From Vicugna vicugna (taxonomy: Eukaryota): a DNA stretch of 64,000 bases. A program made the translations under genes and the position numbers. The stretch's first letter is position 1. Each line of letters begins with the position of its first letter. The stretch lies in the NCBI GenBank assembly GCA_013265495.1, contig MU058444.1, positions 1,426,001-1,490,000 of the forward strand, given 5' to 3'. The notes under the pieces were generated by a model. That model saw only the letters and a program-made list of their open reading frames with translations, was not told the DNA's origin and made no database searches. This document shows positions 12,387-23,945 of the stretch, piece by piece.

Positions 12387-13369
12387 ATATTAAAGGATAG
12401 TAATTATGATAGATTTTTTTACAATTTTAATAAAGATCTAATAAGTCAGATAATTCATGTATCTTTTTAATTTAGGGAACTGAAAATCTTAAATTACTAA
12501 GTCTCCTCATTTGCTATTAAAAACAGTACCTATTTTATCCTAGAGGATTATTAACCACCATGAGAGAACGCTGAAACTGATCTTGCAAAATTGGATGCAA
12601 CAACTTGTGTGGAATTTCTAGATTTGGCCATGGAGAAACAGCAATGTTTCTTTTCTGTTTGCTTGCTCATGTGTTGGCTTTGTTTAGCTGAAACAGACTT
12701 AAAGGATCTCAGAGAATTGTCTATTATGCATGAAAAAAAAATCAGTAGAACATCCTTAAACTCTCCTGCCAAATCCATGGCAGTTCATTTATCAAATTTC
12801 TAAAAAGAATATTTCACAAACTGACATACATTCCACAGGTCCTCTGGGAAATCATCATGCTACTTTTGATTTCAACAGTCTTTTGATTTCCAAAGTATAT
12901 TCAGGCTTCTCTCCTACTTTTTCTGTGTGTAAGCAGGATAAACAAAATTTAATAATACATATCCCTGACTTTCTCCTCACCTTGTGATGGAAATGATTTC
13001 AACTACTGTCCTGTGGTTTGTGGTACAAAATTCTCCTCCTGTGTTACACCAAACTGGTGTGGTTAATAATCACTCCACATGTACAGCTTGGGTGTCTTTT
13101 GAACAGTTACATGTTCAACGCAGGTGGTCTCTAAGAGCCATGTAAATCACAAACTCGTTCAATGATCATTTAAAACATGTTTTTAATACCTACAACGGCA
13201 CTGCACCAAGTACCAAGTGTGTGACTGTGAACCGGAAATCCACATCCATGAGCTCATGAAACTCATATTCATTCAAATACGCAATCGTGAAGGTGTAACT
13301 CTGATTGATTAAAGCAGCAAGTCCAGCCCTTTAATGACCTGTGATCAAGCTACAAGAACATACACATGA

Positions 13370-13650
13370 GTTAAATGTCACTCTTCTTCGCCATTCCTAG
13401 AAATCTTACCCAACTGACCAGCCTAAAAGTCACCTGGACCACGGTTCTTTCGCCTCCATTTGGACTTAACCATCTGTCTTATCTTTTCCTATAGTGTCTT
13501 GATCGCATCACTATTTTTAGCAATGAGGGCACTTTATTCTTTCGAAAGTAGGTACCTATGTCTGTCTCCCAAGTTATAGCCTCCTTAACACTTTGTCTTG
13601 CCTGTACAGGCACTCAAACATTTTATGTTGAACAAATGAATAAATGAATA
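13370..13650 (+). mobile_element. L2 3'-end remnant
   Basis: TTAAATGTCACTCTTC... and CAGGCACTCAAACATTTTATGTTGAACAAATGAATAAATGAAT tail. Confidence 0.6.
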
Positions 13651-15810
13651 ATCGTCAACAAATGAATTTGAAAGCAGACTTTCCTGAGTATCATTATTTC
13701 ACAACTTCCAATTATTTTTGCTAAGAAGTAAATGTATTCAGAATTCATTACTGCAAATAACAGATGGTCTGTCTACTCTGTCAGTAGCAATGTTGCAATA
13801 CCACGTTGGGAGCATCAGTGGTAGTGATGGCGGAATAGTCATAAGGTGGAGCCTCGGGTTATCCACATTTATAGAGACATGTCACATGCATACGTTGCAT
13901 GAGGTTGCAGTTAATAAAAATAAGGTACCCAGGGGGTCACTTGCTTTCCCAAGCCCATATAAGCTCGAACTCTGGTTAAAATCTGTTTTAAAGTATTGCT
14001 TAAATGCAAAAGGCCAGCTTACCCAGCATATTGAACCATTTTCATATTTTCATATCAGACAATATTAAAGGAACAAAAAAGAGCAACAGAAGACTGATCT
14101 CAACCCTAAAGTTTAAATAATTTGGAAACCTCTGGGAAAAATGAAAAGTTATTGTATGTTCAAAAAAAAACCTCATAAATAATTCAAGTCATTTAAAGTA
14201 AAATTACTCTTAAATATAAGAGAAATACATCAAAGGACAAGGATAAACAAAATATAAAGTAGTTCTCCGAGGGAAAAGGGTAAATGGAAAGCCAGCTAGA
14301 ACTAAATTATATCGATAGTAAAGGAAAGAGAGCCAATACAAGACAGGGAGTGAAAAAACAGAAGAGAAATTTCAGAATGTTCAAGCAGGGTGGTTGCGTG
14401 GGGATTAAAAGGAAACAGGCTGGCCATTTTTCACAATCTCCTGACTTGTGTAGTTAGACGTTGCAGCATATCCCCAAGGAGAAGACTGGGAGAAGCACAT
14501 CGCACTAAGTTAACTTTTCTCGTTTGGGCCACATACCAGAGAAGGGACAATGGGCTCACCCCCGCCATGTACACATCCCACTCGCATTTCTGACCATAAA
14601 TGTACAGTAGCTGAACATTGTAAGAATGCTTGGGGGGCGCTTGTTTAAATATGTGCTTTGTCAAGTCTACATTTATAACACGTGAACTCTGAAAAACCTT
14701 AGCAATAATCTCAAAGCCATAATTGCAAATTAACAGCCAATTCAAAGTATTTGAACTGCTTATACAAAATTAAAAAATCAGCATTGTCAGTAAAATCTAT
14801 GAAAAAAATCTCATTTTTTTGGTAATGGGGAGGATGTCTGAAACTTGTCTCTAACACTTTCACTAAGAACTTTCTTTTTCTAGATGAAGAGCTGAGGCAC
14901 ATGAAACCTTCACTAGACTAACTCCAGAATATATGGAATATATTTAATTTGTGTGTGTGTGTGTCAGCCTCATTCCATCATCACAATCCTTGGAGTAACA
15001 ACATTGCTGATGGTTTAATTCTTAGGCTGGGAATCTGGTTGTAGTTTGGTAAAACAATGCCACCGTGAAGTCCTATTGGTCACAGTAATGAACGCCCTTG
15101 AGAAACACATCCTAAGAAATCTGCCCACTTATTAGAGACTTGCTGCATAATCATTCAGTTTTCTATTTAACAAATTGACTGAAGACTCACTGTATGCCAG
15201 CCACCATTCTAAAAGCTAAAACACAGTAGCAGTAAGATGCACACATATCTGCTCTCCTGAATGTATGATCTAGCAAGGGAGGGAGACAATAACAAGTAGT
15301 AATTTAGTTGCAACTGTGGTGAGCCATTGAAAAAGTGCAGTTGTAAGAGGGAGACCCAACTTCTACTTCACTCTGTAGTTTAGCAAGCACGGCTCTGGTG
15401 GAATACAGTAAGGAGGGGCGAGGGAGACAAACTCTAGGGTCAATGTTTCCGTTGCGGGATCCTGCGAAAAAGTAAAGGTAGTAAACTTTTTAAAAGGCAC
15501 ATTCTCTAATTAATCATCCCTCTAAAACCTACCTTCCCCGAGCCTGGATCCTATCATTTTTAGGTGACGGGCCAAAGCATAAAATGGGCCCAGTTGGTAT
15601 ACAACTGAATATTTTAAGCACTAATCAAGCTAACACATCATTAAATAAATTATGTTCTAGCCTCCTGTCATGACAAATACAATTTTCAATGCCCTGAAGT
15701 CCAGATTTGAATGTAAAATTTTGAAACTCCAAGTGATCAAAGGTAGAAAAGAACTTGGCCTCCTTGACCTCCTTATTGAAAGGGCCAAGACCCTTCTCAC
15801 CATAGTCTGT

Positions 15811-16307
15811 GTTTTGATTAACTAATTAATTTATTTATTTTTATTTTTATTGAAGTATAGTCAATTTACAATATTGTATTAATTTTTGGTGTACAGCATA
15901 GTGATTCAGTTATATATATGTTCCTTTTCACATTCTTTTTTATTATAGGCCATTACAAGGTATTGACTATGGTTCCCTGTGCTATACAGTAGGACCTTCT
16001 TATTTATTTATTTTATATATAGTAGTTAGTATCTACAGATCCCAAACTCCCAAATTATCCCTCCTTACTCCCTTCCCCTACCCTGGTAACCATAAATTTG
16101 TTTTCTATGTCTGTGAGTCTTTCTGTTTTGTAAATAAGTTCATTTGTGACTTTTTTTTAGGTTCCACATATAAGCAATATCATGGTATTTTTCTTTCTCT
16201 TTCTGGCTTACTTCACTTAGTATGATGATCTCCAGGTCCGTCCATATTGCTGCAAATGGCAGTATTTCATTCTTTTTTATGGCTGAGTANNNNNNNNNNN
16301 NNNNNNN

Positions 16308-16362
<55 letters not shown>

Positions 16363-16415
16363 TATATACATGCACACACACACATATATATATAATTCAC
16401 AACTTCTTTATCCAT
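15811..16415 (-). mobile_element. 5'-truncated LINE-1 with perfect 14-bp TSD and internal (TA)n/(CA)n expansion
   Basis: ORF 16140..16415 contains YSAIKKNEILPFAAIWTDLEIIILSEVSQKEKEKYH (L1 ORF2 end). TSD TCACCATAGTCTGT at 15797-15810 and 16416-16429. Confidence 0.93.
16290..16307. other. Assembly gap (18 N) at a (TA)n microsatellite
   Basis: Run of n characters adjacent to the (TA)n tract starting at 16308. Confidence 0.99.
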
Positions 16416-17382
16416 TCACCATAGTCTGTAAATTTTCTTCCACTTGTCAGAAATACCTGCCTTCCTACTTCTTCCCCCAATCACATCTTCCCAATCTTTA
16501 AGACTATAGCTCAAATTCACTCACTGTTCCCTACCCTGAGGTCCGTTGGATGTTCATTCAATAACCCAATGCGATGACAACCGTGTGCCTCACTCAGCTG
16601 AAGGCCTCATGAAGCCACTTGTGCATTTGCTTCCCATTTCATCTCCAGCATGCAGCCCAGCACACAGCACATGGTAAGAACAACTTCTGGAGCTTCTTAA
16701 AAATGGGAAGATTTCCTACAGACCCCTCCCATAAGTGATTTCTGGAGCTGTTGCCTTTGACCAAATATTGCAATGTGTTACACCTCACTCACTATCATTT
16801 TCTGCAGTTTTTCGGGACCCCTTAGTCCCATCCCCAACCTCCCTTTCCCCCTGTGTTATGGAAGCTCCTTTGTCTCTTTCCCCAGCATCTTTCTTGATAC
16901 GCATCTCTTTGATACATTTTAGTCATCTTTTGAGATATAACTTGAATATGGTCTTCTTCCTTCTGCTTTACTGTAGAGGTTTCTCCATGTTTTTACAAAG
17001 TATACAGTTGTGTAACCACCATCACAACCAAGACATGGGTTGCGAGAGCTTTGTACATTACTTTCTTGAAGGATTGTCATATTACAGTAGTGCTTCTCGA
17101 TTGCACACAGGCCTTCAGCCCAAGGCTAAAAACCCCAAGAGCAGGCACAGTACCTATTTCTTCTTTCCCCTCCACCCTCACTGTAGAGCCTGGCGATAAA
17201 TGTGTGTTGGGTCATGTATTCGTAAAACTGATCAGCATACTGTCCTAGCCTATGGAATGCACCACCCCGCACATTGTGAGTATCATACACACATTGGTTA
17301 GATCCCACAAAAAGCCGTACCTCTTAACATGTCAAACCCAGCCCCCACCACACCAAAAACATACATGAAATTCAGTGCTTAC

Positions 17383-17531
17383 CATCTCCCGTTTCTGCAC
17401 AGAGCTGTAAGCCCAAATTGTTCTGTGGATTAATCACCCAGTGATTGCTGGTCACCGTGATATCAAAGACAAGCCAACCCACATCTAAAGCTTGGGCCTT
17501 TCTCGTATCTAACAAGAACAGATCTGCGTCC
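17383..17531 (-). CDS. BMP5: BMP5 coding exon 3 (prodomain), 149 nt
   Basis: Reverse strand gives (R)[49 protein letters not shown](G). Acceptor ctccttAG at 17532-17533, donor G|GTAAGC at 17381-17382. Splices in frame with exon 2 (AG+G = Arg). Confidence 0.97.
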
Positions 17532-19886
17532 CTAAGGAGAAAGAGAACAACAAGAAGACGTTACAGATTTGAAGGAAGACCGTCATCTCCTCTCCTTACG
17601 TGAAAACACTACAAAAGCCCTCTTACAGCAACACGAGTCCGTTACAGAACGAGGGAACAAATGACTCAAGGGATGAGTAACAAGATACAGAACCTTTCAT
17701 TGCCAAATCCCAACCCAAACCTGGTGTCGATTAGTCATATCTGAGGGTAATTTCCATCCTCCTGCTCTTCCCGGTCAGGTTTCCTTGACAAACTGACTTC
17801 GTGATCTTGATTTGGACCCTGATCATCAGTGTTTCCCCAAATCACCATCTGTAAGTCACCCTCACAGGTAAGTTCACGGGCAAGGCTTAAACTGAACAGA
17901 GACGGAAGGGCAAGTAGCCGCCCGGGTCCAGACCGATGTGGGTTCTCCAAGCACAGGCGGGACGGGATGCGAGCATCTGTTTTGAAGGTAGTTTTCCTTT
18001 TGTTTCAGCTTCTATTATGTATAGTTTTTTCACTTTTATCTCATTTTCCACTTTTTATTAAAGCATTGTAATGGATATCAAAGACCAAGAGAGGGTCATC
18101 AAATACACCATTGGATTAAGGGAGGAATCCTGTGCATCGAGTGACGGGTCCACATAGACTTTCTTTAGCATCCTCCGCGTGCAAAAGTCCCCCGCGGACG
18201 ACAGTAGCTGGGAATATAAGCTTGTATGTTTTAGGATCACCTCCACAATGTCCCTGTTATTATCAGGTATCATCTTAACTTTAGCGTGACATTTACAAAT
18301 GTATTGGTTGTAACGATAATGAATTATTTATTCTTTATTTCCTCACTACAGGCAGCCTCTGAGCTAAAGGCTGTAATATTGCTGACATTTAATTTTTACA
18401 ACAGATCTTCTATCTTGATGAAATTGAGGCTCTGATAGGTTAATGGTTAAAAAAAAAAGAGAGAGAGAGAGAGAGAGAAAAAAAGGCACTCCAGAAAAGT
18501 AGAAGAGAAATACACTATTATGCACTTTGTGACATCTTATACTGTACTGAATCTCTTTGAGAGCATATAATTCATACGAGGAAGATCAGAGCTATGTCAT
18601 AGTAAGCTATGGGAAATACTTGTCTACTGTATTTTCCATCTTTCTGCATCTTAGAAGTCACTTCAGAGGTGGCTTACGAAATATAATAAACTAATTTTGA
18701 ATTAAATTAAATCACGCACCTTTATTATTTCCTTAGAAAAAGTAATCTATGTTCATTGAAAACTGATTTTTAACAGAAGTAAAGAATCCAGTCAATATTT
18801 TAGAAGCTATGCCTTCATTTCTTTACTTAAACTTGACTTATATCATTCTTTCATTAACCTAGAGAAGTTAAAATGAATGTATTATGATCAGTTAAATTGT
18901 CCAGCTACCCTACCCCCAAAATATGCAAATTTCATTCTTTGTCACAATTCTAATTATAGTGTTTACCAAAGAAGGCTTAGAGATACTTCTTCACATTCAA
19001 TATAGGACTCACTTAGAGATATCACAGATATAGGACAAGCATGTACAACCATGCAATAAAAAGATTAATTAGTTCCCACTTAAATTTTAAGGATCGATTA
19101 TATTCACATGTGATGGAATATAAATCAAATTCTCCCTGTCCCTCCTAACTTGGAAAGCCTACCAAATAAACAGCATCTAAGAAATGTGGATTATCCTTAA
19201 AATTTTGAAATATTTAAAAAATTTCTTTGAGACTGTAATCTTAGAATTAACCTAATCACATTATTGGCTTCTTAAACAGAAGAAGGATTCATTCACTTTG
19301 TAGTCTGGAAAATACTCAGATGCTACCCTGCTTTCAAAGCCCACTTTCATTTGAAATATGGTAAAAGATGTTCTAATTAACTCTGCAAAGCATATGTATA
19401 ATGCCATCCTTTGGCAGGATATAAAAACACATTTAAAAAACAAAAAAAGTACAAAGAAATAAATTCTGAGAGCAATTTCAAGTAGTTAATAAGTATCTTT
19501 AGGTAGTAATTTCAATGTATTTTCTCTTATTTTTAAATTGTGCTACTTTTCCAGAAAAAAACATATCCCAAACTGTTCACATTCAAATATCAAAACTTTT
19601 AAGCATGTCTCTGAGGAAAACGGTTTCATTTTTAATGGATATATTTTGAAAAAGCATCAGCCAGCAGATGCAAGCAAACCCGAAATACCTGAATTTCAGT
19701 GATGCAAATCGCAATTCATCAGAAGGTAAAACCTAAGCAAATAGTATGGTTGAAAAATCCATGTATTTCTAGTTCACCTCTGATCAGTTATAAATGTTCA
19801 GTTGCTGTCCTAAGCTTCATGGTTTCCTGTTCTTGAGCAAAGCAACTTCATTTTTGACCATTCATTGCTCCTCTTTCCTTTTGTAT

Positions 19887-21322
19887 GAAGGCATACAAAT
19901 TGAAAAGGAAAAAAGTAAAACTATCTCTGTTTGTAGAGGACATGAAAACCCTAAAGATTTCACAAAAAGTTGTTGACACTAATAAATAAATTCAGTAGAA
20001 TTGCAGGACACAAAATCTCTATGCAAAAGTTTATTGTATTTTTATAGACTAATAACAGATAATCAGAAAGAGAAATTAAGAAAACGATTCCACTTACAAT
20101 TACATCAACAAGGATAAAATACCTAGAAATAAATTAAACAAAGTTGGTAAAAGACCTGGATTCTGAAAACTATAAGACATTACTGAAAGGTACTGAAGAA
20201 GACACAGGGGAAAAAATGGAAAGATACTCTATACCCATGGATTGAAAGAATTAATATTGTTAAAATGTCCGTACTACCCAAAGCAATCTACAGAGTCAAT
20301 ACAATCCCTATCAAAATTCCAAAGACAGGAAGGAGGATGTAGCTAGGAGGTAGAGTGTGTGCTGAGCACGCATGAGGTTCTGGGTTCAATCCCTGTGCCT
20401 CTGTTAAAAAAGTAAATTTAAAAAAAAACCCTAATTATGCCTTAAAAATTAAAAATAAAAAGAAAATTCTAATGACTTTTTCCCCAGAAATAGCACACAC
20501 AATCACAAAATTTGTATGAAACCACAAAAGACCCCAAATAACCAAAGCAATCTTGAGAAAGAACAAAGCTGGAGGCATCGCATTTCCTGATTTTAAACTA
20601 TATTGCAAAGCTATAGTAATCAGAACAATTTGATATTAGCATAAAAAATGGAGACATAGATCAATGGAACAGTATAGAGAGCCCAGGAGTAAGCCCATGT
20701 ATTTGGCTTAATTACTTTACAACAAAAAAGCCAAGAATACACACTGGGGAAAGGATGGTCTCTTCAATAAATGGTGTTGAGGAAACTGAAGATCCACATG
20801 TAAAAGGATGAAACTGGACCGCAATCTTACACCCTACACAAAAATTAACTTAAAATGAATCAAAAACTTGAATGTAAGACCTGAAACCATAAAACTCCCA
20901 GAAGAAAACATAGACAGTAAGCTCCCTGGCACTGATCTTGGTGATGATTTTTTTGGTTCTGACACCAAAAGGTTACAAAAGCAAAAAGTACACAAGTGGG
21001 ACTCTATCAGATGAAAAGGCTTTTGCACGACAAAGGAAACCACCAACAAAATGAAAAGACAATGGGAGAAATACGGAATGGGAGAAAATATTTGCAAAGG
21101 GGTTAATATCCAAATTATATAAAGAATTCATACAACTCAATAGCAAAAAAAAAAAAAAATCATTTAAAAATGGGTAGAAAATCTGAATGGATATTTTTCC
21201 AAAGAAGACATACATATGGCCAACAAGTACATAAAAAGATGCTGATCACCACTAATCATCAGGGAAATGCTAATCAAAACCACAATGAGATAGCACTTCA
21301 CACCTGTTAAAAGTGGCTATTT
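19887..21322 (+). mobile_element. Decayed LINE-1 ORF2 fragment (RT C-terminal half and downstream)
   Basis: Degenerate [53 protein letters not shown] motifs, with many stops and frameshifts. Confidence 0.92.
20327..20462 (+). mobile_element. Vic-1-like SINE nested in L1 ORF2
   Basis: GGTAGAGTGTGTGCTGAGCACGCATGAGGTTCTGGGTTCAATCCC...AACCCTAATTA. Degenerate TSD AAAATTCCAAAGAC (20313-20326) / AAAATTCTAATGAC (20463-20476). Confidence 0.85.
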
Positions 21323-21696
21323 TTGAAGCTTAAGGACAATGAGGAGATCTGCCCACAGCTGGATCTGCAGCACCTTCAGATCCCACAGAATTTCTGTATT
21401 TATTTCCTCTGAACCCAGGGCCAGTCATGTGGGCACATCTACAAGGAAGGATGTGGTAGCTAGGAAATCACTGCCTCACTGAAGTCACAGGCTTATTGAC
21501 AGGTTCCAGTGTGTCCTTGTGGGTTACAAATGATCTGTACAGTTTCTGCCTTTTCTGCGTTTCCCCAACTCACATCCATCTCTCCTTCCTGTCTGCCCTG
21601 AGGCCCATAGGACCAACATCAGATTCAGAACAACAGCCTCACCTAGACTGTTTAACTACTTCCCACAATTTTACAAGATTAGATACCTACAATAAA

Positions 21697-22850
21697 TCAT
21701 ACAGCATCATTTCTCAGAGGGAATAGATAGCCACCTTGTGTTTGGCTGATATGCTGGACCACAGACACCATGGAAGGGCAGAACGTTGTTCTCACTGGAA
21801 TAGTCACGATGGATATGAATTTTCCTTCTCTGTGCATGAGGTTTCTACCAAAATCACTATCCATGAGCTTATAGAATGCCCTGTTCACTGCCATGGAGTT
21901 CCACACAGCACTGCTTCTGATCAAGAACTCCTTCGGCAGCCAGTGATGTGCAGAATGGACTCATGCTCACAGAATCCACTGGTCTTACCATGTTTTCCAT
22001 CGCCTTGCAGCAGCTGGCCTCGTAAGAAAGTGAAATGGCACCAATTGGGTGCCATTCTTGTGCAAATAACACCTGTCCTTCAGGAAGCTTTATTTGACCT
22101 AAATCTGCCACCAATATAGGACTATTTCTCTCTAACCATATCTTGCATCAGTCTGGACATCTAGGGGTGGAACAGCAGTGGCTCTTCTCACTCACTCTAC
22201 CTGATCCCACTAGCCAAACTTTTTGCTGCTGGGCCCCTGGGTGCTGGGCAGTGTTGATCTAGACTCTCAGTCCCCAACAGTGGCTGCCGCCCACCCCCAC
22301 CCCCGCCATGGCCACAGCAATGGCTCCATTAAATCAGAAGACAAGACCTCCATGTGGTCACTTTGGGCTCCTCCCGCCTGTGAATTAACTAAAATCAAAA
22401 AAGGGCTACCACGCTATGTGGGATGACTGATCCTAAAAGCCATGGTACTTGCCGAAGTCAAAGAGCATGTGGATTCCATAGCAGGAGAAGAAAGTGATAA
22501 ATATCAGCGACAACTGTGCGACCCGTTTGAGAAATGAGGATTGTGATCGCGATGAGTATTACCTCCTGGTCTTGATATTAAAACTGCTGTACACGTATTA
22601 ACCAGCTCTTCTGTTCTCCCCTTCTCCATCTGCCTACCATCGATTTTAAGTAGTTCTGATATTAACTAACCTCAAAGTTCAGTATTACAGTGACAGGTTA
22701 TCAAAGGGGGAACATGACTCAACCAGGAAAGGAATGAACAGCATCCAAAGATGGATAAAAAGGCAGAAGAATTATTTTACTATTATATTTTTGGGAAAAG
22801 TAAGAATGGTTATAAAAGGTGTGTATTGGTGCCAAGTTGACAAGGGTTGA
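21697..22850 (+). mobile_element. ERVL internal remnant: integrase and dUTPase region up to the PPT
   Basis: ORF 21736..22119 segments GYEFSFSVHEVSTKITIHELIECPVHCHGVPHSTASDQ and LQEALFDLNLPPI align by eye with ERVL integrase (GYGFAFPA..ASAKTTIHGLTECLIHRHGIPHSIASDQ; LQ.AVYALNQRPIY). GHFGLL dUTPase motif near 22360. GGTGCCAAGTTGACAAGGG just before the LTR. Confidence 0.85.
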
Positions 22851-23495
22851 CTGTCGTGGCTTCATACTTTGTCAAATTAGCTAAACTGGGACAAAAATAC
22901 CCCAGAATTCTTGCCCCTGTTTCATTGTGTGTTAAGGTTCTCAATAAGAAAAATGTGTGTGAGAGCAGAAGTTGACGCAGGGGCCGAGTTTATGCCGGGA
23001 AGATGGGTGAAGGAGTGTCCGGCTCTCCTGCTGCTCACGTACATGGTGTCTGATCTGCTGGTTCACTTTGTTGTGGGGACAGCTGGGGCTCCAGTTCTTC
23101 CAGCTTCCACAGAACCTTAACTTCATTGGCAGCTCCAAATCCTGGCCCAAATCCCTCCTGCCAGATCATCTCCCCAGCAAGGGGTGGTGGAGCTCACGGT
23201 GAAGTTCACCAGCTCCCTCTTCTCAGGTCACCCACATCCTTGAATTTGGAATTTCTAAGAGATGGGCCTGGATTCCACTTTGTCCCTGGGCTTCTAGCGT
23301 ATCCTTGAAGGTCCCACTTCTCCTGTTTCACAAGCATTTTCTTTCCCAGCTTCCCCTGCTACAAACTTCAGACCCATCACCCAATGCAGAAGCAACAGCC
23401 TTACCTTTGCAGGAAGTCAAATCACTGTAATAAATTCCTTATTCCTTATCACTCACGATGGCTCTATTTCTCTTATCAAATAGTCACTGCCATAC
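22851..23495 (+). mobile_element. ERVL-class 3' LTR
   Basis: Starts TGT immediately after the PPT-like sequence, AATAAA near 23428, degenerate LTR-type end (..CACTGCCATAC). Confidence 0.65.
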
Positions 23496-23499
23496 TCCC

Positions 23500-23945
23500 T
23501 GATATGTGTTGAATTTTCTGCTCCAAAAAGACACGTTGAAGTCCTAATCTCCAGCGACTATGGATGTGACCTTATTTGGAAATAGGGTCTTTGCAGTTGT
23601 AATCAAGTTAAGATGAGGACATTAGGGTGGGCCTTCAACCAAGATGACTGGTGCCCTTATAAGAAGAGAAGAGGCACAGAGATAAAGACACACAGAAGGA
23701 AGACGGCCGAAGACAGAGGCAGAGATGGGAGTTATGCCAACACCAGCCAAGGAACATCTGGGGCTACCAGAAGCTGGAAAAGGCAAAAAAGAGTCCTCCC
23801 CTGGTGTGTCTGGAGGGAGTACGACCCTAACAACACTTTGATTTTGGACTCCTAGCCTCCAGAACTGCTAGAGGATAAATGTCTGTTTTATTAAGCCATC
23901 CAAGTTTTTGATCGTTTGTTACAGCAGCTGCAGGAAACTAATACA
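23500..23945 (+). mobile_element. MLT1 (MaLR; MLT1B/C-like) solo LTR
   Basis: GTGACCTTATTTGGAAATAGGGTCTTTGCAG, GCCTCCAGAACTG and GGAAACTAATACA end. 5-bp TSD CTCCC/CCCCC. Confidence 0.92.

Noticed and set aside
21736..22119. 127-aa ORF as a domesticated retroviral gene
   Set aside because: Integrase similarity switches frames and is heavily degenerate, consistent with a neutral ERVL fossil.
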